DNA of 56,776 nt from an uncultured virus (IMG/VR IMGVR_UViG_3300020057_000339). Lineage: Duplodnaviria > Heunggongvirae > Uroviricota > Caudoviricetes. A program made the position numbers and the translations under genes. Shown piece after piece: positions 38,182-47,558 of this stretch; positions within the stretch are counted from its first letter, which is position 1; each line of letters starts with the position of its first letter. The stretch lies in IMG/VR virus record IMGVR_UViG_3300020057_000339; one strand, 5' to 3'. The notes below the pieces were generated by a model. The model was not told the origin of the DNA and made no database searches. It saw only the letters and a program-made list of their open reading frames with translations.

Positions 38182-38592
38182 TTACCCGAAATTCTCAGGG
38201 CAGTGCTCGTGATCACCGTTCGGGTAATTACGACCATCCTCGTGAACGTGCGAACCGTCAATCGAAACAGACATTTCAATTGCACCTTTTTTGTGATGAT
38301 GTCCGCCAAAACGATTTTGAGGTCCGTGGCTATGTCCACCAGTTAATTTACCACCCTTAACGTGAGTATGTAATCCAAGAGGATTAGATTCCGCATGAAT
38401 GTGCGTACCCATATAAAGAGCTTCTTCTGCTGGCATCGCTGGACGATGATTCCAAGCGGGCACATTCTTTGGCTTTAAAATGGAAGAGTGGAGGTCGGCA
38501 ATGACGGGACTTGCACCAGCGGCCTTCATTGCGTCGCTGAATATATCAGCTTGCAGCCCGCGATTGCGGGACAAATATTCACGCTTCCACAT
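38182..38592 (-). CDS. His-rich protein with repeated G-x-H-x-H motifs
   Basis: GTHIH, GLHTH, GGHSH, GGHHH, GSHVH, GDHEH. Confidence 0.7.
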   Translation of the reverse strand: MWKREYLSRNRGLQADIFSDAMKAAGASPVIADLHSSILKPKNVPAWNHRPAMPAEEALYMGTHIHAESNPLGLHTHVKGGKLTGGHSHGPQNRFGGHHHKKGAIEMSVSIDGSHVHEDGRNYPNGDHEHCPENFG

Positions 38593-38831
38593 TAGTTGCC
38601 ACCTTCTGTGAATTCTACAGTTGTTTGATTGTCGTGAGCAACGCCGCCATCAGTATCTACATTCGTGCTAATAACAGTGCGTTCCAGTCCCGGAGGAGAG
38701 GGCGGATCTGTCGCAAGCGAAGTGATGTTGCCGATAGTACGATCGGTCACACGTTGCAAACTCGTTCCACTAGAACGAAGCTGCATCACGTTAATATTGT
38801 TTCTGAATCCAGAATTTAGAGGAGCTGACAT
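38592..38831 (-). CDS. Small hypothetical (possible head) protein
   Basis: 79-aa ORF in the head cluster. Confidence 0.55.
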   Translation of the reverse strand: MSAPLNSGFRNNINVMQLRSSGTSLQRVTDRTIGNITSLATDPPSPPGLERTVISTNVDTDGGVAHDNQTTVEFTEGGN

Positions 38832-38832
38832 T

Positions 38833-39603
38833 TTAGTTTTTGTTTTCTGGCTTCAAACGGTCTAGAAGGACACGACGACGTACTTCCGTCGATGCGTTAG
38901 ACTTTGAATTGTACATCATTTCACGCAAAATATCACTTTGCAAGTAAGTGCTAAGCAAATCGAACTCCTCGGAACTCAAGCCCTTCTTTAAAAGCACTTG
39001 AGCCATCTTCTTGGCACCAGCAATATCAGCTTCTTGACTTTCGATGCATTCTAGAAGTTTGCCAGCAATTGCAACACGCATGTCGTCATTCTCACACACT
39101 TTCAAAACGTCGGCGGTCGTGATGGTTGGACGCTTGACGCCAGGAACCAAAGTCTTCTGAACGTCGGCTGGATTGTCAATAGACTTCTTGCTCTGTTCGG
39201 CTGGTGTCATGCCGTCTGACAGGGCAACAATACGTGACGCGGGAACATTAACTTCAATGTCTACAAGATCAGGATGGACCTTGGCAATCCCCATATAGAC
39301 CTCTCTTCGAAGATCATCCATGTTGCCGCTATACCAGACAGGAACTTCTGTCAACTGCATTGCTCGTGACATACTGGAACGTGCTTGAGTTTCTGTAAAG
39401 ACTGGAAAATGATCCTTCTTGTCTAACAGTCTAGGCGACACCTGACCAGCAATACTACCACTAATAAAACCTTCCGTGATCGAATCAGAAGGTACGTAAA
39501 CCTGACGCGGGCGAGACTCGGGCGTCTGACCGATTTGATCTGGTTTCACATCTCCGACATTCAGAGATTTGGCCATATTGCGGAATGCTTGCTCGTAATT
39601 CAT
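38833..39603 (-). CDS. Hypothetical head-cluster protein
   Basis: SD AAGGA; 256 aa, downstream of the portal gene. Confidence 0.65.
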   Translation of the reverse strand: MNYEQAFRNMAKSLNVGDVKPDQIGQTPESRPRQVYVPSDSITEGFISGSIAGQVSPRLLDKKDHFPVFTETQARSSMSRAMQLTEVPVWYSGNMDDLRREVYMGIAKVHPDLVDIEVNVPASRIVALSDGMTPAEQSKKSIDNPADVQKTLVPGVKRPTITTADVLKVCENDDMRVAIAGKLLECIESQEADIAGAKKMAQVLLKKGLSSEEFDLLSTYLQSDILREMMYNSKSNASTEVRRRVLLDRLKPENKN

Positions 39604-39681
39604 TGTTTATCCTTAGAATAGCTAATGTTCTTCGTGCTGTGTGCTGGGACAACACCGACAGTAACTTTGTCCGTAATGTAC

Positions 39682-39691
39682 AATACGCTAA
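39682..39691 (-). promoter_or_regulatory. Variant late promoter motif TTAGCGTATT
   Basis: Intergenic, just after the portal stop. Confidence 0.45.
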
Positions 39692-39693
39692 AA

Positions 39694-42150
39694 CTATACT
39701 CTCAGTGCATCAGGTTTTTGTGCTACGTGTTGTTTGATTGCTTTTTGAGTCCAAGCAGACACCATAAACTGGCGTCGCATCTCGCGAGTAGGAGTTTTAC
39801 CAAACGACTTGCTATACTGAGCAACCTTGTCAGTATAGATATTAAGTACATCTACCTTAACTGCCTCAGCGGCGTCAGAACGCAACATGTTTACAATAAA
39901 ATCGTCGCTCAGCGGAGAATCGCTATCAGGAGCGGGCATGTGACTAAACACATTGTAAATCATCTGTTCCAAGCGTTCACGCTCTTCGAGCTTGAGTTGC
40001 TTTAAATGCTTAAGATTAGGATTATCTTTTGCTTTTGTTTGAAGATATCTGTCGCCGACGAATTCTTCTAGGCGAGCCAAGATAGAACGACCATGCTCAG
40101 AAAGTTCATCGTGCAACTCTAATAGCTTCGAAAGCTTGGCAATTCCCAGTCCCTTGGGCTTGCGAGGATTGTCTTGTTTTCCAGTCGGGCCAGTTGGCGT
40201 TCCAGCGGGACGACCATTGGGTGTTCTTGGAGTCTTCTTGCCGTCAATACCTGTTGGTGCGACCGGCTTTGGCGGTGGCTGAGGAACGCCGTCCTTGTTA
40301 TCTGGCTTGACAAACGGTCCACGCATTTCAAGAACGCCCTGTTCACGAAGATTGTTTTCTTCCTTTAGCTTAGCCACCTCTGTATCAACAGTTGTGTCAG
40401 CTTGACGAAGAAGTGTATCGGCAGACAAAATGTTACGGTCATAAAGACCAGTGACGAAAGCTTGATAAGCCTTCTCATCTTGAAGACTTGTTCTGCCAAA
40501 TCTAATAGTGGGTAGTTTTTGGAATCCCATCGCATCAGCGACGATCTTCATTTCTCCCATGAGCCAGTCTTTAACTTGATTACGATAGGATTCAAGACGT
40601 TCTAATACGGTCGATACCGCAATGAACGAATTCGAAAAACCTCCACCGCCACCACCAATCAAGACTTCAGGAACGCCTAGTGCGGTCATGATATCGTGAT
40701 CAGCCGACTTGTGCTTGTCAATGTCAAAAATACCTTCAACTTTTGGTTGAATCACTTCGGCTGAAATCTGATCATTCCATAGAATATTCATGACCGATCC
40801 AGGCATCTGCAACATGTCTGCTAGACGCTCAAAGTGTTCATCTTCTGCTGGAAAACCTTCTTTGAGATTACCAAGCTTATACAAGAAAACAGCATTAATG
40901 ATAGACTGACATGCACGAATTTCCATCGAGCGTAGACAGTCCTTGAAGTACAAGGCTTGTAGAGCCGGGTAGACAAACGGTACGGCCCAGTCAAACCAAT
41001 CAAACTTACCGGGTGCCTGAACGACACTCAACTCTTCTTTTGTAAGCTTGATCTCGGCAGAATAACCAGAACCGGGGCCTTGATATGAATTCATGCGAGT
41101 GAGAAACTCACGAGGGATATTCACTTCGGTCGTCCCCAAATCCTGAGAACTTCGCATGCCAAGGCCGCGAGCTACATCAAGGGCGTCACGCTTATCTAGG
41201 GCCATGACCCAGTATGAGTCACCACGAATCTTGCGACCTCGCATCTCCATTTGAAGCGGATTCAGAAACGTATAGCCCCACGGAATCTGCTTGGAAGTAT
41301 TCTGTGGTAACCCCTCTTCGCTTGCGGAGGGCGGTGCATCGCCAACGACCTTCTTGTCTGCCTTTGTAAGATCACTGATATATTCGTTACCCTTCTTCGA
41401 AAGGAACCAATCAATGAAATCATTTTCGCGAGCTTCAATTGAAGTATCTCGTGTCTTACCACGCACGATCAGAGTGTCGCCAATATTCTCGGAAGCCTCT
41501 GAACGTTTCATTGCTCTCTTAGAGCCTTCATCAAGAGTGGCCCAACGACGATGCACAAACGTCTGTCCTGAAACGAACAGATTGAGAAACATGTTATGAC
41601 AACGCTCTTCAAGGCCAATCTTACGAGCCCACGTACGGTAGAAATTTCGCACAGAAGCATCGGCATGCTCAATTTCTACACCTTCGGTGGCGAAGTCGGC
41701 ATATAGATCTACAATATTGCGAACAATACCATAGCCAAGATAGGCCATGTGACATTGAGCGATGATGTTATGATTGAAAGCAGCGTTCGAAGAGAAACGC
41801 TTTAAATATGTAAAGCCACCTGACGCACCGCCAGCGGCTCCTCCAGACATGCGACCAAAGCCATTAAGAAGGCCGGTACCAAAGTAGTTACCAAAGCCTT
41901 GGGCATTCCAAGATGAGCCAGCACCCATTGTGCCCTGACCAACATCGCTGCCGTTGCCAAAACCACCAAAAGGCGAGCCGTCTAAACCACTGTGGCGACG
42001 CTCAATACTATCTCCCATGTTACCATAGAAGTATCCCTCTGTTTTTTGACGAGCAGCACGAGCGTTTGAACGTTCGGTAGCGGCTAACATAGCTTGAGGC
42101 GAAGCTCTACTGGGCGTTACATTGCGAGCTGATGTTGTACGTTTTGCCAT
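39694..42150 (-). CDS. Portal protein
   Basis: Follows TerL; IVRNIVDLYADFATEG and DIMTALGVPEVLIGG portal-like motifs; Pro-rich C-terminal linker. Confidence 0.85.
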   Translation of the reverse strand: MAKRTTSARNVTPSRASPQAMLAATERSNARAARQKTEGYFYGNMGDSIERRHSGLDGSPFGGFGNGSDVGQGTMGAGSSWNAQGFGNYFGTGLLNGFGRMSGGAAGGASGGFTYLKRFSSNAAFNHNIIAQCHMAYLGYGIVRNIVDLYADFATEGVEIEHADASVRNFYRTWARKIGLEERCHNMFLNLFVSGQTFVHRRWATLDEGSKRAMKRSEASENIGDTLIVRGKTRDTSIEARENDFIDWFLSKKGNEYISDLTKADKKVVGDAPPSASEEGLPQNTSKQIPWGYTFLNPLQMEMRGRKIRGDSYWVMALDKRDALDVARGLGMRSSQDLGTTEVNIPREFLTRMNSYQGPGSGYSAEIKLTKEELSVVQAPGKFDWFDWAVPFVYPALQALYFKDCLRSMEIRACQSIINAVFLYKLGNLKEGFPAEDEHFERLADMLQMPGSVMNILWNDQISAEVIQPKVEGIFDIDKHKSADHDIMTALGVPEVLIGGGGGGFSNSFIAVSTVLERLESYRNQVKDWLMGEMKIVADAMGFQKLPTIRFGRTSLQDEKAYQAFVTGLYDRNILSADTLLRQADTTVDTEVAKLKEENNLREQGVLEMRGPFVKPDNKDGVPQPPPKPVAPTGIDGKKTPRTPNGRPAGTPTGPTGKQDNPRKPKGLGIAKLSKLLELHDELSEHGRSILARLEEFVGDRYLQTKAKDNPNLKHLKQLKLEERERLEQMIYNVFSHMPAPDSDSPLSDDFIVNMLRSDAAEAVKVDVLNIYTDKVAQYSKSFGKTPTREMRRQFMVSAWTQKAIKQHVAQKPDALRV

Positions 42151-42189
42151 TTGAAGTACCTAGGGGCCGATTGTATCGCGGCACAATTG

Positions 42190-42199
42190 ATTACACTAA
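42190..42199 (-). promoter_or_regulatory. Putative late promoter motif TTAGTGTAAT
   Basis: Intergenic between TerL and portal, 40 nt upstream of the ATG. Confidence 0.6.
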
Positions 42200-42202
42200 G
42201 AC

Positions 42203-44245
42203 TCAGTAACCTACGGACCCACGACGGCGACTACGACTTGTATATCCACGACCAGCTTGAGTACGTGTCTTGGGCGTGCCCTGTCTGGGTTTATGTCCTG
42301 TACCCATGAAAACCTTAGCGGCATAATTAGCTAACATAAGAGCGGACCAACGGTCACGGCGTCTCATGTCAAGACCTTCTGGCTGCTCGGAAAGTTTAGG
42401 TAGTTCAAAACTTTCTGTTCCCTTGGGACTAACTGAACGCATGATAGCACACATCTCATTGATGCATTCATTAATATGTTGCATCGCACCCATACGAGGT
42501 ACAAACTTTTCGCCATAAGATTTCGTGGCACGTTCAGCATCCCAGTCGTCCACGCCCCAAATATCTTGCTGGAGACGTTCTTTTTCACTATCCGAGACAT
42601 CAGATACACCAAAGTGACGAGCGTACTGATCGTAGACCCTAGCTTCATCAGCACGGTGAGGGAACAAGATATTGCACTGTTCCACGTCCGAGGCAACGCC
42701 GTGAGCAGATTGAGAAATCCAGGTAGTCGTAAAATCCACCATTTCAAGGATCTTCTTGCCCGGAGCACCCATACCAGACTTATCACCTGTAAACTTCTCC
42801 ATTTGATCAGGAATTACCCAAATGAAGTCTTCCGGTTGTACATCATCTGTCTTCTTGCATAGCCATTCACGAATAGGTTCGCCACCGCCACCAGTATCTA
42901 TAGCAATATAAGAGACGTTGAAGCGTTTCACAATTTCGCGAATCTTTTGAGCAGACACACCAAATTCGGTTTTGTCCCATGCATTACAATAAACCATCTC
43001 TTTTCCACGAGCTGTCAACTTCAAGATGACAACACCAAGGTTATCATTAAAACGAGCAGGGTCAATACCCATTACATAAACAGCACGAGGGTCGCCATAC
43101 AATTCGCAATAAATCGGCTCTTCATTTGGAGCTTTGGGTGTAGAGTTTTCAACCCACGATCGCCTAATGAAGCCGTCCGTATCGTCTGGAAACTGAGCCA
43201 AGTACTCCATCGCAAAACGATGTCTTGGAAATGCAGCACGGTCAGAGCGAATGTTGTCTTCGTCTAGGAAGTTTTCTGGCAAGGCGGTGTAAGGAAGCTG
43301 ATAGATGGCGTAATGACGCCACGTCTTCTCAGCGTTCTTCAAGTCATCTTCCGTGATATCTTGTGTACGTCCAGTAGCCGCAAGATGTTTTTCTTCCAAA
43401 GCCCTCTTGAGATTTTTAACATCACCCTTCGATTGAATAAACATCTTGTACACGCCATAACGCTTGTAAAAGTGATTATGTTTGTACGATGGTGTGCCAG
43501 ACACAACGATCTGGTTACCGAATCCCTGTGTACTACGAATCGCACTGACCAGTTCTTCTGGTGCTCCAAGGCTAATCAAACGATTCACGAACGCGGCATT
43601 AGCGGCACGCTCTTCGGGGTTTGCATGTACGGCAGTAAACGGAGCAATAACGATATCAAAGATTTCTTCTGGGATCGACGCAAACTCATCGGCGATCAAA
43701 CATGTTGCACGAATACCTCTAATCTTTTCGCCATCACCGATAGGAATAGCTTGAATCACAGATAGGCCAACACGAAGCGTAGCCATGTCCGATCCATACT
43801 TCGGACCACCCCACTGCTCTAGAGCTTCTTTGATTAACGGCGAAGCTTCGTATAACTGTTCAATATACTTGAATACCAACTTGGCTTGACGGAAGCCAGC
43901 ACCACAAATAACAATCTTTGATCCAGGTATCAAGATAGCTCTGAGCAAAGCGTAAAGGGCTAGAATAAATGTTTTACCTGCACCACGAGTGGCAAGAATC
44001 ATAGGAAACTTCTTGGACCACAACATTTGAAGCATCACTTGCTGAAACGCAAGTAGCTTCAAGGGTTTACCTTGTTGGTTACAAAAGACCTTCTGTACAA
44101 ACCACGCCAAGTTAAAGTTGGCCATGTGGTACACGGATTGTGCCGGGCCGCACTCATCGAAGATACGCATGATATCTTCGCGTTTGAATGTCGTGCTCCA
44201 CACGGAGCCGCTCAAGCGTCTAATCTGACCAGCAGACAGTCCCAT
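42203..44245 (-). CDS. terL: Terminase large subunit
   Basis: Q motif LLAFQQ, Walker A ATRGAGKT, Walker B LIADE, coupling motif SGTP, RNase H MGIDPA and RDRWSA. Confidence 0.93.
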   Translation of the reverse strand: MGLSAGQIRRLSGSVWSTTFKREDIMRIFDECGPAQSVYHMANFNLAWFVQKVFCNQQGKPLKLLAFQQVMLQMLWSKKFPMILATRGAGKTFILALYALLRAILIPGSKIVICGAGFRQAKLVFKYIEQLYEASPLIKEALEQWGGPKYGSDMATLRVGLSVIQAIPIGDGEKIRGIRATCLIADEFASIPEEIFDIVIAPFTAVHANPEERAANAAFVNRLISLGAPEELVSAIRSTQGFGNQIVVSGTPSYKHNHFYKRYGVYKMFIQSKGDVKNLKRALEEKHLAATGRTQDITEDDLKNAEKTWRHYAIYQLPYTALPENFLDEDNIRSDRAAFPRHRFAMEYLAQFPDDTDGFIRRSWVENSTPKAPNEEPIYCELYGDPRAVYVMGIDPARFNDNLGVVILKLTARGKEMVYCNAWDKTEFGVSAQKIREIVKRFNVSYIAIDTGGGGEPIREWLCKKTDDVQPEDFIWVIPDQMEKFTGDKSGMGAPGKKILEMVDFTTTWISQSAHGVASDVEQCNILFPHRADEARVYDQYARHFGVSDVSDSEKERLQQDIWGVDDWDAERATKSYGEKFVPRMGAMQHINECINEMCAIMRSVSPKGTESFELPKLSEQPEGLDMRRRDRWSALMLANYAAKVFMGTGHKPRQGTPKTRTQAGRGYTSRSRRRGSVGY

Positions 44246-44748
44246 TACAATCTACCTTGTCTGTACAATTTATATGCAGCAAGCAAAATGTTCTTCGTCA
44301 TGCTGCGGGCTTTAGAGCCCGCAAAGATGACTTGAGCTTCATACTCTAACATTAATGTGTTAAGATTGGCAGCTACAACAGCAACGGGCATATTCACACT
44401 TGCCTTATTGATGCCCTTCTTATTCACATAATAATTGCGTGGATTACAAATATCTTCACAGGACTGTTCAATCATGATAATCTTGATCTTGTGATTACGC
44501 AAACGCTCAAACTCCGCATAAATACGATCTTTGTTCTGCGTGAAGTTATTGAATAGCTCATCAGCGGTTGCTTTTCGCTCAATGACGATAATGTGCTCCA
44601 TTCCTTTTAAGGAATAGTCACCGGCATCTAACTTCTCGTGAACAATAGCTTCAAATTCCTCTTCGCCCTCATAGTCGAAAGGAATTCGCTCTCGCGTATC
44701 AACTACAAGAGTCGGAAGCTTAGGTAGATCAGACTTCACGAATTCCAT
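44245..44748 (-). CDS. ERCC4/XPF-domain nuclease (resolvase-like)
   Basis: VVDTRE...AGDYS...IERK signature. Confidence 0.88.
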   Translation of the reverse strand: MEFVKSDLPKLPTLVVDTRERIPFDYEGEEEFEAIVHEKLDAGDYSLKGMEHIIVIERKATADELFNNFTQNKDRIYAEFERLRNHKIKIIMIEQSCEDICNPRNYYVNKKGINKASVNMPVAVVAANLNTLMLEYEAQVIFAGSKARSMTKNILLAAYKLYRQGRL

Positions 44749-44951
44749 GTCTTCTTAGGCTTATCTTCGGCTACCAACTGAATTGGTGCCGCTACAATAG
44801 TCGCCTGACCAGAAGCAATAAGCTTGTCAAGATCGGCAATTTGACGGCCATCAACTAGCTTGAAAATCTTGTGCTTGCCTTGTCCCCATGACGTTTCCAA
44901 GATGGACTCAACGCCATTAACATTGACAAGATCGCCTTGTTTTACATTCAT
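44736..44951 (-). CDS. Small hypothetical protein
   Basis: 71-aa ORF filling the operon gap. Confidence 0.6.
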   Translation of the reverse strand: MNVKQGDLVNVNGVESILETSWGQGKHKIFKLVDGRQIADLDKLIASGQATIVAAPIQLVAEDKPKKTWNS

Positions 44952-44952
44952 A

Positions 44953-45762
44953 TTAGTTCGCTTTCGTGGTCATATGACCACAATGATAGAAAAGTTCAAT
45001 ACCAATGTGTGCAGTCGCACACCCGGTTTTCGCCACACGTTCCTGATATTCAGTCTCACCGTGGCGGGGGTCGCATCCTAAGTCCGCTTCGGGATATGGT
45101 CCACACTCTCGATACAGACTTTTTCTAATGATAACTGGGTTATTATTAAACCCATTAGGGAAATTGGCGATCTGATAATGATGGCCGGTTTGCGTACTCT
45201 CAGGCCATAGACGTACATTCGCCTTCTCAAGCATTTCATTACTGCATGACCATGGCAAATATTTTGGTTCGCCAAGGCCCCAGTTTTCACATGGGTCGTG
45301 AACTGCTCTCAATTGCAATACACCAACATCAGGTTGTTCTTGCATGATGTCGTGAGCAATCGACAAGAAGTCCACGTTCTGGCGAACCTCCCAATCATTT
45401 TCGTGAATAAGACAAAACTCACCACGCGACAATCCCCATGCTTGATTCAGACCTTGGTTAATACCGTAGTTACGTTGACGCACTATTACTTTTCTTTCAA
45501 GATTAATCTCTTGAAATAGCTTATAATTCTGTTCACATTGACCGTTTTCAATGAAGATCCATTCTACTTCCAATGGACTGCGAGCGACAGAATCTACTGT
45601 CGCGAGTAGACATCTTTTTGTTACATCATGACGACCGCAGGCCAAGAACAGAATTGAGATCAATCCCGGCTCAAAGAAAACGTCCCGATGGGACTTGTAG
45701 CGTTGCACGCCATAGTCCCATCGGGGTTCGCCATTCATCAAATGTCTGTCGCTAGAGGTCAT
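44953..45762 (-). CDS. Glycosyltransferase family 2 (GT-A fold)
   Basis: ISILFLACGR, IFIENG, NYGINQGLNQAW..SRGEF, ENDW (DxD-like), GPYPE. Confidence 0.85.
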   Translation of the reverse strand: MTSSDRHLMNGEPRWDYGVQRYKSHRDVFFEPGLISILFLACGRHDVTKRCLLATVDSVARSPLEVEWIFIENGQCEQNYKLFQEINLERKVIVRQRNYGINQGLNQAWGLSRGEFCLIHENDWEVRQNVDFLSIAHDIMQEQPDVGVLQLRAVHDPCENWGLGEPKYLPWSCSNEMLEKANVRLWPESTQTGHHYQIANFPNGFNNNPVIIRKSLYRECGPYPEADLGCDPRHGETEYQERVAKTGCATAHIGIELFYHCGHMTTKAN

Positions 45763-46046
45763 GATAACTTGCCGAGCACGCAGTCCTGTCTTACGAGGAA
45801 CAAGCGATCGTCTTTGTTTCCGACTTCATTACCAGAAAACTGGTGAATCAGAACACGGTCATTGACAGTGAGGTCGATTGGAACGCGAACGCCATTTGAC
45901 GTTACGCCGCCCGAACCCACGGCTAACACAACAGCCTCTATACGATCTTCCTGAGCACGCTCAGGCAGAAGGATGCCGCCTCGTGTCTTTTCCTGCTTGG
46001 CGTCTGTCTGCACAAGCACATAGTCATTGCGAGGTTCAATCTTCAT
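45759..46046 (-). CDS. groES: Co-chaperonin GroES
   Basis: MKIEPRNDYVLV...TRGGILLP...VLAVGSG...VNDRVL; true start at 46046 (95 aa). Confidence 0.92.
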   Translation of the reverse strand: MKIEPRNDYVLVQTDAKQEKTRGGILLPERAQEDRIEAVVLAVGSGGVTSNGVRVPIDLTVNDRVLIHQFSGNEVGNKDDRLFLVRQDCVLGKLS

Positions 46047-46617
46047 GTCGAACGCCTTGACCACCAATCTTTCCACCATTGCTATCGCCGCCCAATTCAC
46101 CAACCTTCTTGCAGCACTTAGCGGCACATTCCTGGAATGCTGAGGCTGCGGCACTACTGCCAGCACCAACGTTGGCGGCAATACCAGCACGTACAGAAGC
46201 ACGAGTTGCGGCACAAGTTTCCATACCACTCGTGAGCGTGTCACGACACGCTTCAAGTTCCACTAGTGTCGTTGACGCCGCAAAACAAGCGTCGTATGCG
46301 TGGATAGCCAATCGCGTACAAAGCCTGTAGTCCATGTCCGCGTCATCATACTGACGACATGCACTGTTGTAAATCTCAACCATTTTTGCACGATATGTAT
46401 CATCGCAAGCAGAGACGCAAACAATGTCAACGGTGTAGTATCCATCTGATGGACAGACCACTTCCGGTACAGAAAAGTTAGATGGCTTCTTATCACAGTA
46501 TAGATTAGTGGGTCCGGGCACTGGCGGACCAGTCTGCGTCGTGGACGGTGCCGTGAACGCAATAACACCAAACGCTAGGGGAAGAGCAACAATCAAGCTT
46601 ACAAGAAATCTTTTCAT
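46036..46617 (-). CDS. Secreted cysteine-rich protein
   Basis: Signal peptide MKRFLVSLIVALPLAFGVIA; 12 Cys, several spaced 11 residues apart. Confidence 0.7.
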   Translation of the reverse strand: MKRFLVSLIVALPLAFGVIAFTAPSTTQTGPPVPGPTNLYCDKKPSNFSVPEVVCPSDGYYTVDIVCVSACDDTYRAKMVEIYNSACRQYDDADMDYRLCTRLAIHAYDACFAASTTLVELEACRDTLTSGMETCAATRASVRAGIAANVGAGSSAAASAFQECAAKCCKKVGELGGDSNGGKIGGQGVRHED

Positions 46618-47558
46618 ATAATCATGTCTTTCTGAATTATTTTAACCACTTCTTCAAACACGTCCACTCGTCGCTTAACGGTATGACGTGCCATTACTTT
46701 ATTGTAGCCATTCGTAGCAATACGAATACGTTCTACATCATTAGAGGCGTAATGTATAATCTTCTCGATAGCATCCTCCGCTGAATCATAATACACTATG
46801 TCGGTTCCATCAACAAAAAGCTCATGCAATTTAGTCTCTAATGGAAGACGATCAGTGATCACCAATTTGCCGCAGGCCATGCCTTCAAAAATGCGACGAG
46901 TGATCTCTTTGTACTGTGAACACTGGAAGACAATCTTGCCCATACACAAACGCTTGGCGTGATCTTCACCATAGAAATAACGTTCGTTACTAAATTGTGG
47001 TCCAAGAGCAGCTTTAACAACCTCTGTCAAGCCATTGCCTCTTGGACCACAAGTTGTAACACAATCAAACTCTTCCTTGGTTTCGGGACGGGGATAAAAG
47101 AGTCGCTCATCTGCGTGATGCGTCCAGTGTTCAGCCATGATACCAAACTGCCTGTAGTGCTCCACACATTGCCAATCAGGAGAAAGTACCGCATGTACCC
47201 TTGGTCCCTTTGGCCACATCATACGGTGTGACTGAGGTTCGTCACCAGCTTCATTAATCAAAACGACGCCTGGAAAGTATTGTTTATCAAATTGCATCGC
47301 ATCCCATGGACCATAGTCCATGAGCAAAATGACATCAGGCTTATAGATACCGTTACGAACTTCAGACATCAAACGATTGATAGAGTCATTTGAATATGAA
47401 CGTTCCTTACGCTTAGGCAAGAAGTCACCATCCGCATGATAAAGGTTAAAAGCCTTTACTTCGTGCCCACGAGAAATGAATTCTTGCTTGACACCCATTG
47501 GAGTAGACCAAATTTCTCCAAAATTCTCCCATGATGCATACAGCATAGCAATCTTCAT
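46614..47558 (-). CDS. Glycosyltransferase, GT-B fold (CgeB/Glyco_trans_1_2-like)
   Basis: RIFEGMACGKLVITD...LFVDGTDIVYY....AIEKI.HY.....R.RIA.NGY..V...HT...R. Confidence 0.85.
   Translation of the reverse strand: MKIAMLYASWENFGEIWSTPMGVKQEFISRGHEVKAFNLYHADGDFLPKRKERSYSNDSINRLMSEVRNGIYKPDVILLMDYGPWDAMQFDKQYFPGVVLINEAGDEPQSHRMMWPKGPRVHAVLSPDWQCVEHYRQFGIMAEHWTHHADERLFYPRPETKEEFDCVTTCGPRGNGLTEVVKAALGPQFSNERYFYGEDHAKRLCMGKIVFQCSQYKEITRRIFEGMACGKLVITDRLPLETKLHELFVDGTDIVYYDSAEDAIEKIIHYASNDVERIRIATNGYNKVMARHTVKRRVDVFEEVVKIIQKDMII

Noticed and set aside
42203..44245. Intein or intron in terminase (also checked in DnaB and RecA)
   Set aside because: No intein splice-junction or LAGLIDADG motifs were seen, and the conserved motifs occur in order within single ORFs.
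45759..46256. 165-aa N-terminally extended GroES from the ORF track
   Set aside because: The extension overlaps the Cys-rich gene in another frame; GroES similarity starts at ATG 46046.
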